Origin: an uncultured Ruminococcus sp.
GTDB taxonomy: Bacteria; Bacillota; Clostridia; Oscillospirales; CAG-272
Reading direction: 5' to 3'
NCBI GenBank assembly: GCA_964463735.1
Contig: CAYXDB010000004.1
Location: 1-32,105 of the forward strand
DNA: 32,105 bases
A model generated the notes under the pieces. That model did no database searches. It saw only the letters and a list, made by a program, of their open reading frames with translations, and had not been told where the DNA came from. This document shows, piece by piece, positions 1 to 8,053 of the stretch (positions are counted from its first letter, which is position 1; each line of letters opens with the position of its first letter). Position numbers and translations under genes: made by a program.

Positions 1-115
1 CTACCTCCCGGAGGGAGGCCTGTATTGCGCGGCTCCTTCCGCGCCCGGAGGGAGGCCACGCGAAGGTTACGCAGCGAGCATAATGAAACGACCCCTTTTG
101 CCATCGGTGCTTGCC

Positions 116-1396
116 TTAGCGCTCCCGGACGGCGCAGAGCAGCAGGGCGGCATCGGCACGCGTCAGGGGCGCGGTGGCGGCCCCCTGGTCGGCCCCCACG
201 AGGGGCAAAAGGCCGGCGTCATACAGCGCATAGACCGCACTGCGTGCCCATACGGGGATCGCGGCGCTGTCCGTCACGGCCGCGGGGACCGCATCGGCCA
301 AGGGCAGTGACAGCAGGCGGGACAGGACCATAGCCGCCTCTGCCCGCGTGATCGCCTGGTCGGGCTGGAAGTAGAGCCCGGCCCCATCAAAGGTGCCATT
401 GACATAGCCGTATAATTGAGCCGTGGCCACGTAGGGGCGCACTGCATCGGCTATGGCGTCGTCATCATCGAACCAGGTCCGCTCCATCCCCTGGGCGGGG
501 GTGCACCCGGCACTCTTCATGGCCATCACCAGGAAATCCGCCCGGCTGATGGTGCCGTCCGGGGAGAAGAGATAGTCATCCCCGCTGATCGTACCGATCA
601 TCACACCCGCTTCGGTCAGGGTCAGGGCGGCACTGTGCGCGGCATGCCCGCGCATGTCGGCATAGACCAGCGTGTCGGTACGCGCCTTGACCTGGACCTG
701 CACGGTCGCGACCTCCGAGTAGTTCCCGTAGGTGTCTTGCGCCACATAGGAAAAACTGTCGCTCCCGCTCTTGCCGGAAAGGGGCGTGTAGCGGTATTCC
801 CCCGTCTCTTCCGACACGCGCAGATATCCTTTGGTGGGGTAGGAGACGATCAGATAGCGCAGGGCATCTCCTTCTGGATCCTGCGCGTGCATCGTGCCGA
901 ACACCGTAATACCCGCCTGCGTGCTGACCGCCAGCGACCGCGCATCCAGTTCCTGCACGGTGGGGCCATAGTTGACGCATTCGATCCATTGCAGGGAGCA
1001 TTCCAGTGCGGTCGTGGCCCTGGTCTGATCCACGCAAAAGCGGAAGGTGGCGCTCTCTACCGCGGCGGAAGCAGGGTACAGGGCAAGGGAAGACAGGCTC
1101 TCGCGGGGCAGGATCTCACCGGCCACCGCCGCGCGGTCGCCCACCTTCAGCACCCCGGCGCTGGCATCAGGCAGGGAAAGGAGCGTCACGGTGTCGATGC
1201 GTGACAGCCCCAGCGCCTGTTTGAAGTCCACCTCGGAAAAACGGATGGGCTCTCCTTTTTCTCCGCTCTTGCGGAGGGAGGCAGAGGCGGCCAGGTGATC
1301 CGCCCCGTAACTGAGGCGGGTGTAGGCGGAGGCGGGGAGGGCCAGCGGGAGCAACAGGGAGAGAAGCAGGGCAAGGGAGAGAACGATCCTTTTCAT
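116..1396 (-). CDS. S-layer homology (SLH) domain surface protein with Ig/cadherin-like domains
   Basis: 426-aa ORF with N-terminal signal peptide (MKRIVLSLALLLSLLL...ASA). Ig/cadherin-like motifs (DPEGDALRY, YRYTP, DSFSY). C-terminal SLH-type motifs (FSPDGTISRADF, FQPDQAITRAEAA, LTRADAA). AAGGA RBS upstream. Confidence 0.85.
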   Translation of the reverse strand: MKRIVLSLALLLSLLLPLALPASAYTRLSYGADHLAASASLRKSGEKGEPIRFSEVDFKQALGLSRIDTVTLLSLPDASAGVLKVGDRAAVAGEILPRESLSSLALYPASAAVESATFRFCVDQTRATTALECSLQWIECVNYGPTVQELDARSLAVSTQAGITVFGTMHAQDPEGDALRYLIVSYPTKGYLRVSEETGEYRYTPLSGKSGSDSFSYVAQDTYGNYSEVATVQVQVKARTDTLVYADMRGHAAHSAALTLTEAGVMIGTISGDDYLFSPDGTISRADFLVMAMKSAGCTPAQGMERTWFDDDDAIADAVRPYVATAQLYGYVNGTFDGAGLYFQPDQAITRAEAAMVLSRLLSLPLADAVPAAVTDSAAIPVWARSAVYALYDAGLLPLVGADQGAATAPLTRADAALLLCAVRER

Positions 1397-1478
1397 GTGT
1401 GGTATCCTTTCCTTTTCGTTTTTTCACCGTCTATTTTCTACCCGTTTTCCCGCCTTTATGCAAAAAAGGGGAAAAGAC

Positions 1479-1507
1479 TTGTTTTTCCCCGGGCGCCATG
1501 GTACAAT
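1479..1507 (+). promoter_or_regulatory. sigma-A-type promoter for the DUF523 gene
   Basis: TTGTTT-17 nt-TACAAT with extended -10 TG. Confidence 0.45.
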
Positions 1508-1567
1508 AGCGGCAGGCGGCATCCAAGTGGCGCCGCGCCATACAGAAGGGAGAGGGCCAGGTGCCCG

Positions 1568-2083
1568 ATGGATCATATGGAAAAGAAAGACCCGATCAAA
1601 CAACTGGAACAGCCAGAACGGGATGGCAGGATCCCCGTGCTCGTCAGCGCCTGTTTGCTGGGCAGATGCTGTCGCTACGATGGGGGGAGCCGCCCGGTCC
1701 CGGGCGTGCTGGCGCTGGTCGATCATCCGGGCGTGCGCCTGCTCCCGATCTGCCCGGAGGTGGATGGCGGCCTGCCCACCCCGCGCCCCCCAGCGGAGCG
1801 GGTAGGGGCGCGGGTCATGAACACCGCCGAGGCTGATGTGACAGAGGCCTATGTGCGCGGCGCGGCGCACGCCTGCCGTCTGGCACAGCAGGAAGGGGCC
1901 ACGCTGGCACTCTGCAAGGCGCGTAGCCCGTCCTGTGGCAACCGCGAGATATATGACGGCAGTTTCTCCGGCAGGTGCGTTCCCGGGCGGGGCGTGTGTT
2001 GTGAAATGCTCTCCGCGCAGGGGGTGACGGTATATAATGAAGAAGAATTGGGCCTGTTGCTCCAGCACCTCCCGTACGCCTGA
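1568..2083 (+). CDS. DUF523 family protein (2-thiouracil desulfurase TudS/YbbK-like)
   Basis: Motifs VSACLLG..CRYDG, ICPEVDGGLPTPRPPAE, KARSPSCG and IYDGSFSG. Start moved from 1295 to the ATG at 1568, downstream of a purine-rich RBS; ATG 1577 is an alternative. Confidence 0.88.
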   Translation: MDHMEKKDPIKQLEQPERDGRIPVLVSACLLGRCCRYDGGSRPVPGVLALVDHPGVRLLPICPEVDGGLPTPRPPAERVGARVMNTAEADVTEAYVRGAAHACRLAQQEGATLALCKARSPSCGNREIYDGSFSGRCVPGRGVCCEMLSAQGVTVYNEEELGLLLQHLPYA

Positions 2084-2166
2084 TAGGGCCTGCCCCTGCG
2101 ATGCAATTTGCCCCCCTCTTTTTTACCGGGAAAGTCGCGCACGAGATCTGCGAAAGAGTGAAAAGA

Positions 2167-2202
2167 AAAAAGGAAAAGCCGCGTGTGCGGCTTTTCCTTT
2201 TT
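2167..2202. terminator. bidirectional intrinsic terminator
   Basis: Perfect 16-bp inverted repeat AAAAAGGAAAAGCCGC-gtgt-GCGGCTTTTCCTTTTT. Confidence 0.8.
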
Positions 2203-2296
2203 GTATAACGAAATGCTTTTTGCTACCGCAAAAAGCTACCTGACTTCTTCACTATTCACTATTGCCTATAACTTTCCAAAGGTCAATGCAATTCTC

Positions 2297-2370
2297 CCCG
2301 CAAAGCGGGATTTCATCACGAAGTGATCTCATCCATCGCAGATGGATTTCTCCCGCCGGAGGCGGATCTA
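2297..2370. repeat. array of four short triloop hairpins with GATYTC-type linkers (REP-like)
   Basis: CCCGC-aaa-GCGGG, ATCAC-gaa-GTGAT, ATCCATC-gca-GATGGAT and CCGCC-gga-GGCGG, each running into GATTTC, GATCTC or GATCTA. Confidence 0.7.
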
Positions 2371-2373
2371 ACT

Positions 2374-2405
2374 AAAAAGCCATTCGCATAAGCGAATGGC
2401 TTTTT
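2374..2405 (-). terminator. intrinsic terminator of tRNA-Gln
   Basis: AAAAAGCCATTCGC-ataa-GCGAATGGCTTTTT immediately 3' of the tRNA CCA. Confidence 0.85.
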
Positions 2406-2407
2406 TA

Positions 2408-2481
2408 TGGCTGCGGAATAGGGATTTGAACCCCAACAAACAGAGTCAGAGTCTGTCGTGCTGCCATTACACAATTCCGCA
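2408..2481 (-). tRNA. tRNA-Gln (anticodon CTG)
   Basis: Reverse complement TGCGGAATTGTGTAATGGCAGCACGACAGACTCTGACTCTGTTTGTTGGGGTTCAAATCCCTATTCCGCAGCCA folds as a cloverleaf. Anticodon arm ACAGA-CTCTGAC-TCTGT, T loop TTCAAAT, encoded CCA. Confidence 0.97.
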
Positions 2482-2500
2482 ATATCTGGTGACGGATAGT

Positions 2501-2529
2501 ATTATAGCAAAGAAAAAGTCATTTGTCAA
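2501..2529 (-). promoter_or_regulatory. sigma-A promoter of tRNA-Gln
   Basis: Perfect TTGACA-17 nt-TATAAT on the minus strand, with A/T tracts upstream (2545-2575) resembling an UP element. Confidence 0.9.
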
Positions 2530-2711
2530 GGGGGTGAGGCAAGTTCTTGCAAAAAAATTTGCAAAAATTTGCAAAGGATCTTGCCAGGTAAATGATAAAA
2601 GTAAATTTCACGGTGGCAGAAGAGCGGAATGCAGCGCGGGAAAGCTCTTGCCCCCGGCCCGTTTCCCCCGCCTGCTTGCGCGAGAGGGTGGGAAAGGGGG
2701 CCGGGGACGCG

Positions 2712-4127
2712 TCAGTTGCGTTTTTTGAGACGGAAAAAGAGCCGAGCAAAGGCATTTCCGTTCCAGGGGAACAGGGGATAGAGATAGTGGCGGCGGCCGT
2801 TGATCGTTTCATTGGTGGCAAGGAGGAGGGCGATGCAGAGCAGCCCCAGGCACAGCCCCCAGAGATCCCACAGCGCCACCAGCCCCAGTAACAGCATCCG
2901 CAGGAATTTGAAGGCATAGCCCAGTTCCGGATTCTGCTGGGTGAAGCTGGCGATGGCCACAAAGGCCATATATAAAATGACCTCCGGGATCAGCCAGCCG
3001 GCCTGCACGGCAAAATCCCCCAGGATCAGGCCTCCCACCACGCTCAGGGCACCGGCCAGCATGTCCGGCGTGTTCATAGAGGCCAATTTCAGCCCGTCTA
3101 TGGCGATCTCCACCAGATACAGTTGCAGCAGGATAGGGAGGGCCCCTTCTTCCTGCGGGAGCAGGAAAAGGAGCCACTGTGGCAATAGATCCGGGTGCTG
3201 GATGGCCAGATACCAGAGTGGCGTGACCAGCAGGGAAAGGAGAAAGGTCAGGTGGCGCACCAGCCGCAGATAACAGCCGGTGAGCGGGGGAAAATAAAAG
3301 TCGTCTGTCTCCTGCAGGAAGTCAAAGATGCCGGTGGGGAGCACCATGACCTGCGGGCAGGTGTCACACAGGATCAGGACGCGCCCCTCCAGCACCTCGG
3401 CGGCCGCGGCGTCCGGCCGCTCCAGCAGGCGGATCTTGGGAAAAGGGTTGTACCAGCGGCGGCGGATGAGCGTTTCGGCCAGGCTCTGCGCCCCCAGCGT
3501 CAGGGCCGTTGGCGGGAGGGAACGGAGGCGGTCGACCAGCATCTGCACGTATTGCGGGTCGGCCCGGCCGCGCATATAACAGACGATCACATCGGTCTGC
3601 GAGGGGCCGCAGATGTTCAGATGATGCATGGTCAGGGCGGGGTCCCGCACCCGGCGGCGGATGAGCGCCGTGTTGTAGATCAGCGTCTCTACAAAGCCGT
3701 CCCGCGCCCCCTGCAATACCCGGTCATTTTCCGGCTCCTGCGTGTTGCGGGCGGGGTAGGTGCGGGCATCGATCACGATCGCCTCCGGCCCGAAGGTGCT
3801 GCCCAGCATCACAGCCGCGCCGGAGAGCACCATCATGCGCAGAAAGGCAAGATCGTGTGAGCGATCTACTTCCACATAGGGGACGTGCGCGTCGGCAAAG
3901 TGGCGGCAGGCATCCGCAATGCCCGCCCCCATAGCGGGCAGGCCGAGAAAGTATTGCATCATGCGTTGCATGGTGCCCCCGTCGATAAAACCGTCGATGT
4001 AAAAGAGCGTCATCTCGTCCGGCCCGACCAGCAGGCGGCGCTCGATCACGTCAAAATTCTCGTCCACGCGCAGTTGGCGGTGCAGCAGTGCCACATTCTC
4101 GGAATAGTGCTCGGATAACGCCTCCAT
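2712..4127 (-). CDS. spoVAF: spore germination protein, GerA/SpoVAF family
   Basis: Motifs IDARTYPARNTQEPENDRVLQGARDGFVETLIYNTALIRRR and WYNPFPKIRLLERPD, followed by C-terminal TM helices (ALSVVGGLILGDFAV). GAGGAGG RBS. Confidence 0.85.
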   Translation of the reverse strand: MEALSEHYSENVALLHRQLRVDENFDVIERRLLVGPDEMTLFYIDGFIDGGTMQRMMQYFLGLPAMGAGIADACRHFADAHVPYVEVDRSHDLAFLRMMVLSGAAVMLGSTFGPEAIVIDARTYPARNTQEPENDRVLQGARDGFVETLIYNTALIRRRVRDPALTMHHLNICGPSQTDVIVCYMRGRADPQYVQMLVDRLRSLPPTALTLGAQSLAETLIRRRWYNPFPKIRLLERPDAAAAEVLEGRVLILCDTCPQVMVLPTGIFDFLQETDDFYFPPLTGCYLRLVRHLTFLLSLLVTPLWYLAIQHPDLLPQWLLFLLPQEEGALPILLQLYLVEIAIDGLKLASMNTPDMLAGALSVVGGLILGDFAVQAGWLIPEVILYMAFVAIASFTQQNPELGYAFKFLRMLLLGLVALWDLWGLCLGLLCIALLLATNETINGRRHYLYPLFPWNGNAFARLFFRLKKRN

Positions 4128-4164
4128 ACTTCCTCCTCAGGGCCCCAGTGGGATACAATGATCC

Positions 4165-4194
4165 TAGTGTGCCCGGGGAGAAAGAAGGTTATGC
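4165..4194 (-). promoter_or_regulatory. sigma-G/F-like forespore promoter upstream of the spoVAF-like gene
   Basis: GCATA-18 nt-CACACTA on the minus strand, close to the sigma-G consensus GCATA-17/18-CATACTA. Confidence 0.55.
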
Positions 4195-4217
4195 ATGCGC
4201 TTCAGAACACACGGGTG

Positions 4218-5831
4218 TCAGTTTTCGATCAGCAGATGATGCACACCGTCCAGAGAGATGGCATTCCCCGCTTCGTTTCCTTCGCCCAGACCGTTGGCCT
4301 GGCATACCGCGGCACATTTCTTGTGATAGCGGGCACAGACGGAGAAAAGGTCGTCGCCCTCCTGCGGGTAATAGACGATCACGCGGTTCCCGCCGCGCTC
4401 GACCGGCAGACTGCGATCCGGCTCTGCCTCGGCCAGCATGTGCACCGTCTCGGTGGCGGTCGCGCGCAGGGTCAGGGCGATCTCCGCGTCTACTGCCAGC
4501 GCCGTAGGCTCCAACCGCCCGCGCACAGAAACGCAGGTGCCGTGGCACTCAAAGCTGGGGGCCTCGCCGGCCGGTATGGCCAGATCGGTCTCCACGCGGA
4601 AGGGGAGGGGGATATCTGCCGCGCCCAGCGCACCGGTCAGCGTCTCTCCCTCCGGTGCCTCTGCATAGATCATCTGGGCATGTACCTGGCCGCTGATGAC
4701 GGCGCGCCCGCGCTCCACGGCCACCTGCGTGATCTCCAGATGCCCGTCTGCGTCCACCACGGTCATGGCACCTGCCGCGTCACATTCCTCCCGCTCGCGA
4801 CTGCCGCTGACGGTGTAGTGCCCCATGCAGCTGCCCATGTGGCGACACACGGGTCGGTCGATATAGCGGTCGTTCATCTCATAGGCCGTGGAATACAGCG
4901 CGCGCACGACCTGTAACGTCCGGTTCCCGGCGGCATAGGCATCCAGCTCTGCCGTGATGGTAAAATGCATGGTGCCCGGCGCCTGTTCTTCCCCCGGCGT
5001 GATGCTGACATCCACCCCGGTCACGCGGCCGCAGGCGGTGCAGGTCGCCCCTGGTTCCATATGTTCGATCGGCACCTGTTCTTCCAACGGGATCTTGGTG
5101 CGCACGATATACGGGGTGCCCGTTGCCGGGGCGCACAGCGCCCGTACCCAGACCTCGCCGCGGCACAGACAGCCGCCTTCCTGCATCCGGCATTCGTTGA
5201 TCAGTACCTCACCACCGCACCAGACCACATGCAATGTATCTCCGCTTTCCTCCAGATGCACCGTGTCCGACAGGGACAGCGGGGCAGAGGCGGCGCCGCA
5301 CAGCGCCATCGTCTTGATGGGCGCACGCAATATCTCCAACGAGTCTTCGTCGGCCGGTGCCCCCATCCCGCGGATCACGGGCGCCACATCCTCCTCCCGT
5401 AGCAGGTGGACGCGATGGCGCAGGCGGGTACGCAGGGTCAGCTTACGCGGGCCGCCCGGGCGGCAGGTCGTGTTTTCTACCATGCTGTCACACAGCACAT
5501 CGGTGGGGGCATCATCCGGCAGAGGGACGCTGAATTCGTATTCCAGCGGGAGCGTGACGGAGGCGGCCTTCCCCTCCGCATCGGCATACAGGACAGAGCA
5601 GGCGACCGTCCCAGCCAGTTCTACCCGCGTGTTGCCCCGGTATTGCCCGCTGGGGAGCACCGCCGTCCGCACGGACAGGATGCGCCGGATCTCCGGCTGG
5701 TAATCCGGCAGGGTATAGTCCCCGCTTACCTCCTGCGTGATGGGCGCGGCGGCGATATCCTGCCGCAGGTATTGGTGCGTGGCCGTCTCCTGTTGTTTTT
5801 CTATACGGTTCTCATGCTTATCTTCGCGCAT
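4218..5831 (-). CDS. SPOCS (DUF3794) repeat protein with C-terminal LysM-like domain; SipL-like spore coat morphogenetic protein
   Basis: N-terminal QEVSGDYTLPDYQPEIRRIL is typical of DUF3794. Repeated beta-rich domains follow. C-terminal IVYYPQEGDDLFSVCARY is LysM-like. AAGGAG RBS. Confidence 0.75.
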   Translation of the reverse strand: MREDKHENRIEKQQETATHQYLRQDIAAAPITQEVSGDYTLPDYQPEIRRILSVRTAVLPSGQYRGNTRVELAGTVACSVLYADAEGKAASVTLPLEYEFSVPLPDDAPTDVLCDSMVENTTCRPGGPRKLTLRTRLRHRVHLLREEDVAPVIRGMGAPADEDSLEILRAPIKTMALCGAASAPLSLSDTVHLEESGDTLHVVWCGGEVLINECRMQEGGCLCRGEVWVRALCAPATGTPYIVRTKIPLEEQVPIEHMEPGATCTACGRVTGVDVSITPGEEQAPGTMHFTITAELDAYAAGNRTLQVVRALYSTAYEMNDRYIDRPVCRHMGSCMGHYTVSGSREREECDAAGAMTVVDADGHLEITQVAVERGRAVISGQVHAQMIYAEAPEGETLTGALGAADIPLPFRVETDLAIPAGEAPSFECHGTCVSVRGRLEPTALAVDAEIALTLRATATETVHMLAEAEPDRSLPVERGGNRVIVYYPQEGDDLFSVCARYHKKCAAVCQANGLGEGNEAGNAISLDGVHHLLIEN

Positions 5832-5882
5832 CTTCTTCTCCTTTTCTCCTTTTCGGCTTGTCGGTAAGGGTGGCTCTGCTGT

Positions 5883-5912
5883 ATCCTATGCGCGGGGCGG
5901 CCCCGTTAGAAC
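5883..5912 (-). promoter_or_regulatory. sigma-E-like promoter upstream of the SipL-like gene
   Basis: GTTCTAAC-14 nt-CATAGGAT on the minus strand; matches sigma-E geometry. Confidence 0.45.
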
Positions 5913-5917
5913 CGATA

Positions 5918-5946
5918 TTGACAAACGGGCGCGATGCGTGTATAAT
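5918..5946 (+). promoter_or_regulatory. sigma-A promoter
   Basis: Perfect TTGACA-17 nt-TATAAT. Confidence 0.85.
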
Positions 5947-6009
5947 GATAGGTGCTACAGCCAGGTGGGACAGGCCACCGTGTACACGATATACATAAAG
6001 GAGAACATC

Positions 6010-6642
6010 ATGCACGAAGCAGTAAAAGAACGGAATAGGAAACTGGGGGAAAGCGTGGTGCAGGCATTGCACGGCCGCTATTTTGAGGCCGCTTATTTTG
6101 ATACAGCGGCAGAGGCAGTGGCCGCCGCGGCGGCCCTGATCCCGGCGGGGAGCAGCGTGACCTTCGGCGGTTCGGCCAGCATCTGGGAGAGCGGCCTGGT
6201 GCCGGCGCTCATCCCCGGCCGCCAGATCTGGGACCGCAGTACCGTCCCCGCGGAGGAACGCACGGCATTCGTACAGGCGCACTATTTTTCGGACTGGTAT
6301 CTTTCCTCCACCAATGCCCTGACGGAGGATGGCGTGCTGGTCAATATGGACGGCATGGGCAACCGCGTGGCCTCTCTGATCTACGGGCCGCGCCAGGTCC
6401 TGATCCTGGTGGGCATCAATAAGGTGACCCGGGACGTGGACAGCGCCATCGCCCGCGTGCGCGGCACCGCCGCCCCGATCAATGCCCAGCGCTTCCCGCT
6501 CCAGACCCCCTGCCACAAGACCGGCCGCTGTGCGGACTGCCGCTTCCCGGATTCGATCTGCGCGTCCATGAGCATCATGCGCCTGTGCCGCCCGGCCGGC
6601 CGCATCCACGTGTTCTTGGTAGGGGAAACACTGGGCTTCTGA
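6010..6642 (+). CDS. LUD-domain (lactate utilization protein-like, DUF1121/YkgG family) protein
   Basis: Motifs YLSSTNALTEDGVLVNMDGMGNRVA, GINKVT and the Cys cluster TPCHKTGRCADC...IC. AAGGAG RBS before ATG 6010. Confidence 0.85.
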   Translation: MHEAVKERNRKLGESVVQALHGRYFEAAYFDTAAEAVAAAAALIPAGSSVTFGGSASIWESGLVPALIPGRQIWDRSTVPAEERTAFVQAHYFSDWYLSSTNALTEDGVLVNMDGMGNRVASLIYGPRQVLILVGINKVTRDVDSAIARVRGTAAPINAQRFPLQTPCHKTGRCADCRFPDSICASMSIMRLCRPAGRIHVFLVGETLGF

Positions 6643-6717
6643 CCCCCAGTAGCCGGGGGCGGGGTGCCCCTTGGTGAAAAACACAGAAAAAACTTAAAAA
6701 ATACACAAAAAATACAG

Positions 6718-6746
6718 TTGAAAAAAAGGACACTGTGTGATATAAT
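6718..6746 (+). promoter_or_regulatory. sigma-A promoter of fucO
   Basis: TTGAAA-17 nt-TATAAT with extended TG and upstream A-tracts. Confidence 0.75.
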
Positions 6747-6820
6747 ACCAATGTAAGGCAGGCGTGTCCTGCCCCGTATCTGTAAAATATGCGGACTACC
6801 GCAACATAAAGGAGGCTTTT

Positions 6821-7969
6821 ATGGCAAATCGTTTTATCCTGAATGAAACATCCTATCACGGCAAGGGCGCGATCGAGAATATCGTCCCGGAACTGCGCCA
6901 GCGCGGTCTGACCCGCGCCTTCGTCTGCTCGGACCCGGATCTGGTGCGCTTCGGCGTGACTGGCAAGGTCACCGCCCTGCTGGAGGCGGCCAATTTCCCC
7001 TATACGCTCTATTCGGATATCAAGGCCAACCCCACCATTGAGAACGTCCAGGCCGGCGTAGCGGCATTCCGTGCCGCTGGTGCGGACAGCATCATCGCGA
7101 TCGGCGGCGGTTCCTCGATGGACACGGCCAAGGCCGTGGGCATCATCATCCGCAACCCGGAGCATGAGGACGTGCGGAGCCTGGAGGGCGCTGTGCAGAC
7201 CAAAAACCCGGCCGTGCCCACCATTGCTGTGCCTACCACTGCCGGCACGGCGGCTGAGGTCACCATCAATTACGTGATCACCGATGTGGAAAAAAACCGC
7301 AAATTCGTGTGCGTAGATCCCCATGATATCCCGGTAGTGGCGGTGGTCGACCCGGATATGATGGCCACGATGCCGAAGGGGCTGACCGCCGCGACCGGTA
7401 TGGACGCACTGACCCACGCGATCGAGGGGTACATCTGCCGCGGCGCCTGGGAACTCTCTGATATGTTCCACCTGAAGGCGATCGAGATCATCGCCCGTTC
7501 TCTGCGTGCCGCTGTACGTGGGGAGGATGCAGGCCGCGAGGGAATGGCACTGGGCCAGTATGTGGCCGGCATGGGCTTCTCCAACGTGGGGCTGGGCATC
7601 GTCCACTCCATGGCACACCCGCTGGGCGCTCTGTATGACACGCCGCACGGCGTGGCCAATGCCATCATCCTGCCTACCGTCATGGAATACAATGCACCGG
7701 CCAGCGGTGAAAAGTACCGTGATATCGCCCGTGCCATGGGCGTAGAAGGCACCGAGAAGATGACGCAGGAAGAGTACCGCGCCGCCGCTGTTGGCGCTGT
7801 GCGCCAGTTGGCAGCGGATGTGGGCATCCCGGCAGATCTGAAGGCCATCGTCAAGGCAGCGGACATTCCGTTCCTTGCCCAGTCGGCCTATGATGACGCC
7901 TGCCGTCCCGGCAACCCGCGCGAGACCAGCGTAGAGGAGATCGCGGCGCTCTATCGTTCCATGATCTGA
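6821..7969 (+). CDS. fucO: lactaldehyde reductase (iron-containing alcohol dehydrogenase)
   Basis: MANRFILNETSYHG N-terminus, GGGSSMDTAK, PTTAGTAAEVTINYVITD, MDALTHAIEGY, HSMAHPLGALYDTPHGVANA. AAGGAGG RBS. Confidence 0.93.
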   Translation: MANRFILNETSYHGKGAIENIVPELRQRGLTRAFVCSDPDLVRFGVTGKVTALLEAANFPYTLYSDIKANPTIENVQAGVAAFRAAGADSIIAIGGGSSMDTAKAVGIIIRNPEHEDVRSLEGAVQTKNPAVPTIAVPTTAGTAAEVTINYVITDVEKNRKFVCVDPHDIPVVAVVDPDMMATMPKGLTAATGMDALTHAIEGYICRGAWELSDMFHLKAIEIIARSLRAAVRGEDAGREGMALGQYVAGMGFSNVGLGIVHSMAHPLGALYDTPHGVANAIILPTVMEYNAPASGEKYRDIARAMGVEGTEKMTQEEYRAAAVGAVRQLAADVGIPADLKAIVKAADIPFLAQSAYDDACRPGNPRETSVEEIAALYRSMI

Positions 7970-8003
7970 TATCCGGCACCCCGTGTGTCGCGAAATAGCA
8001 AAA

Positions 8004-8035
8004 GAGGGCACATGCCGCATGCGGCATGTGCCCTC
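8004..8035. terminator. perfect 32-bp palindrome between convergent genes (probable terminator)
   Basis: GAGGGCACATGCCGCA|TGCGGCATGTGCCCTC lies between the fucO and GH39 stop codons. The A-run on its left gives a U-tract on the minus strand. Confidence 0.65.
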
Positions 8036-8053
8036 CTGTATTCTGACACGGCG

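Noticed and set aside
2297-2370. Possible mini-CRISPR array
   Set aside because: The constant part is only about 6 nt, the variable parts are self-complementary and under 20 nt, and no cas genes are present.
2084-2481. Prophage or ICE integrated at tRNA-Gln
   Set aside because: No integrase, no duplicated tRNA 3' end and no phage genes in the window.
6575-8020. 481-aa minus-strand ORF opposite fucO
   Set aside because: Antisense shadow of a well-supported gene in GC-rich DNA; no recognisable motifs or RBS.
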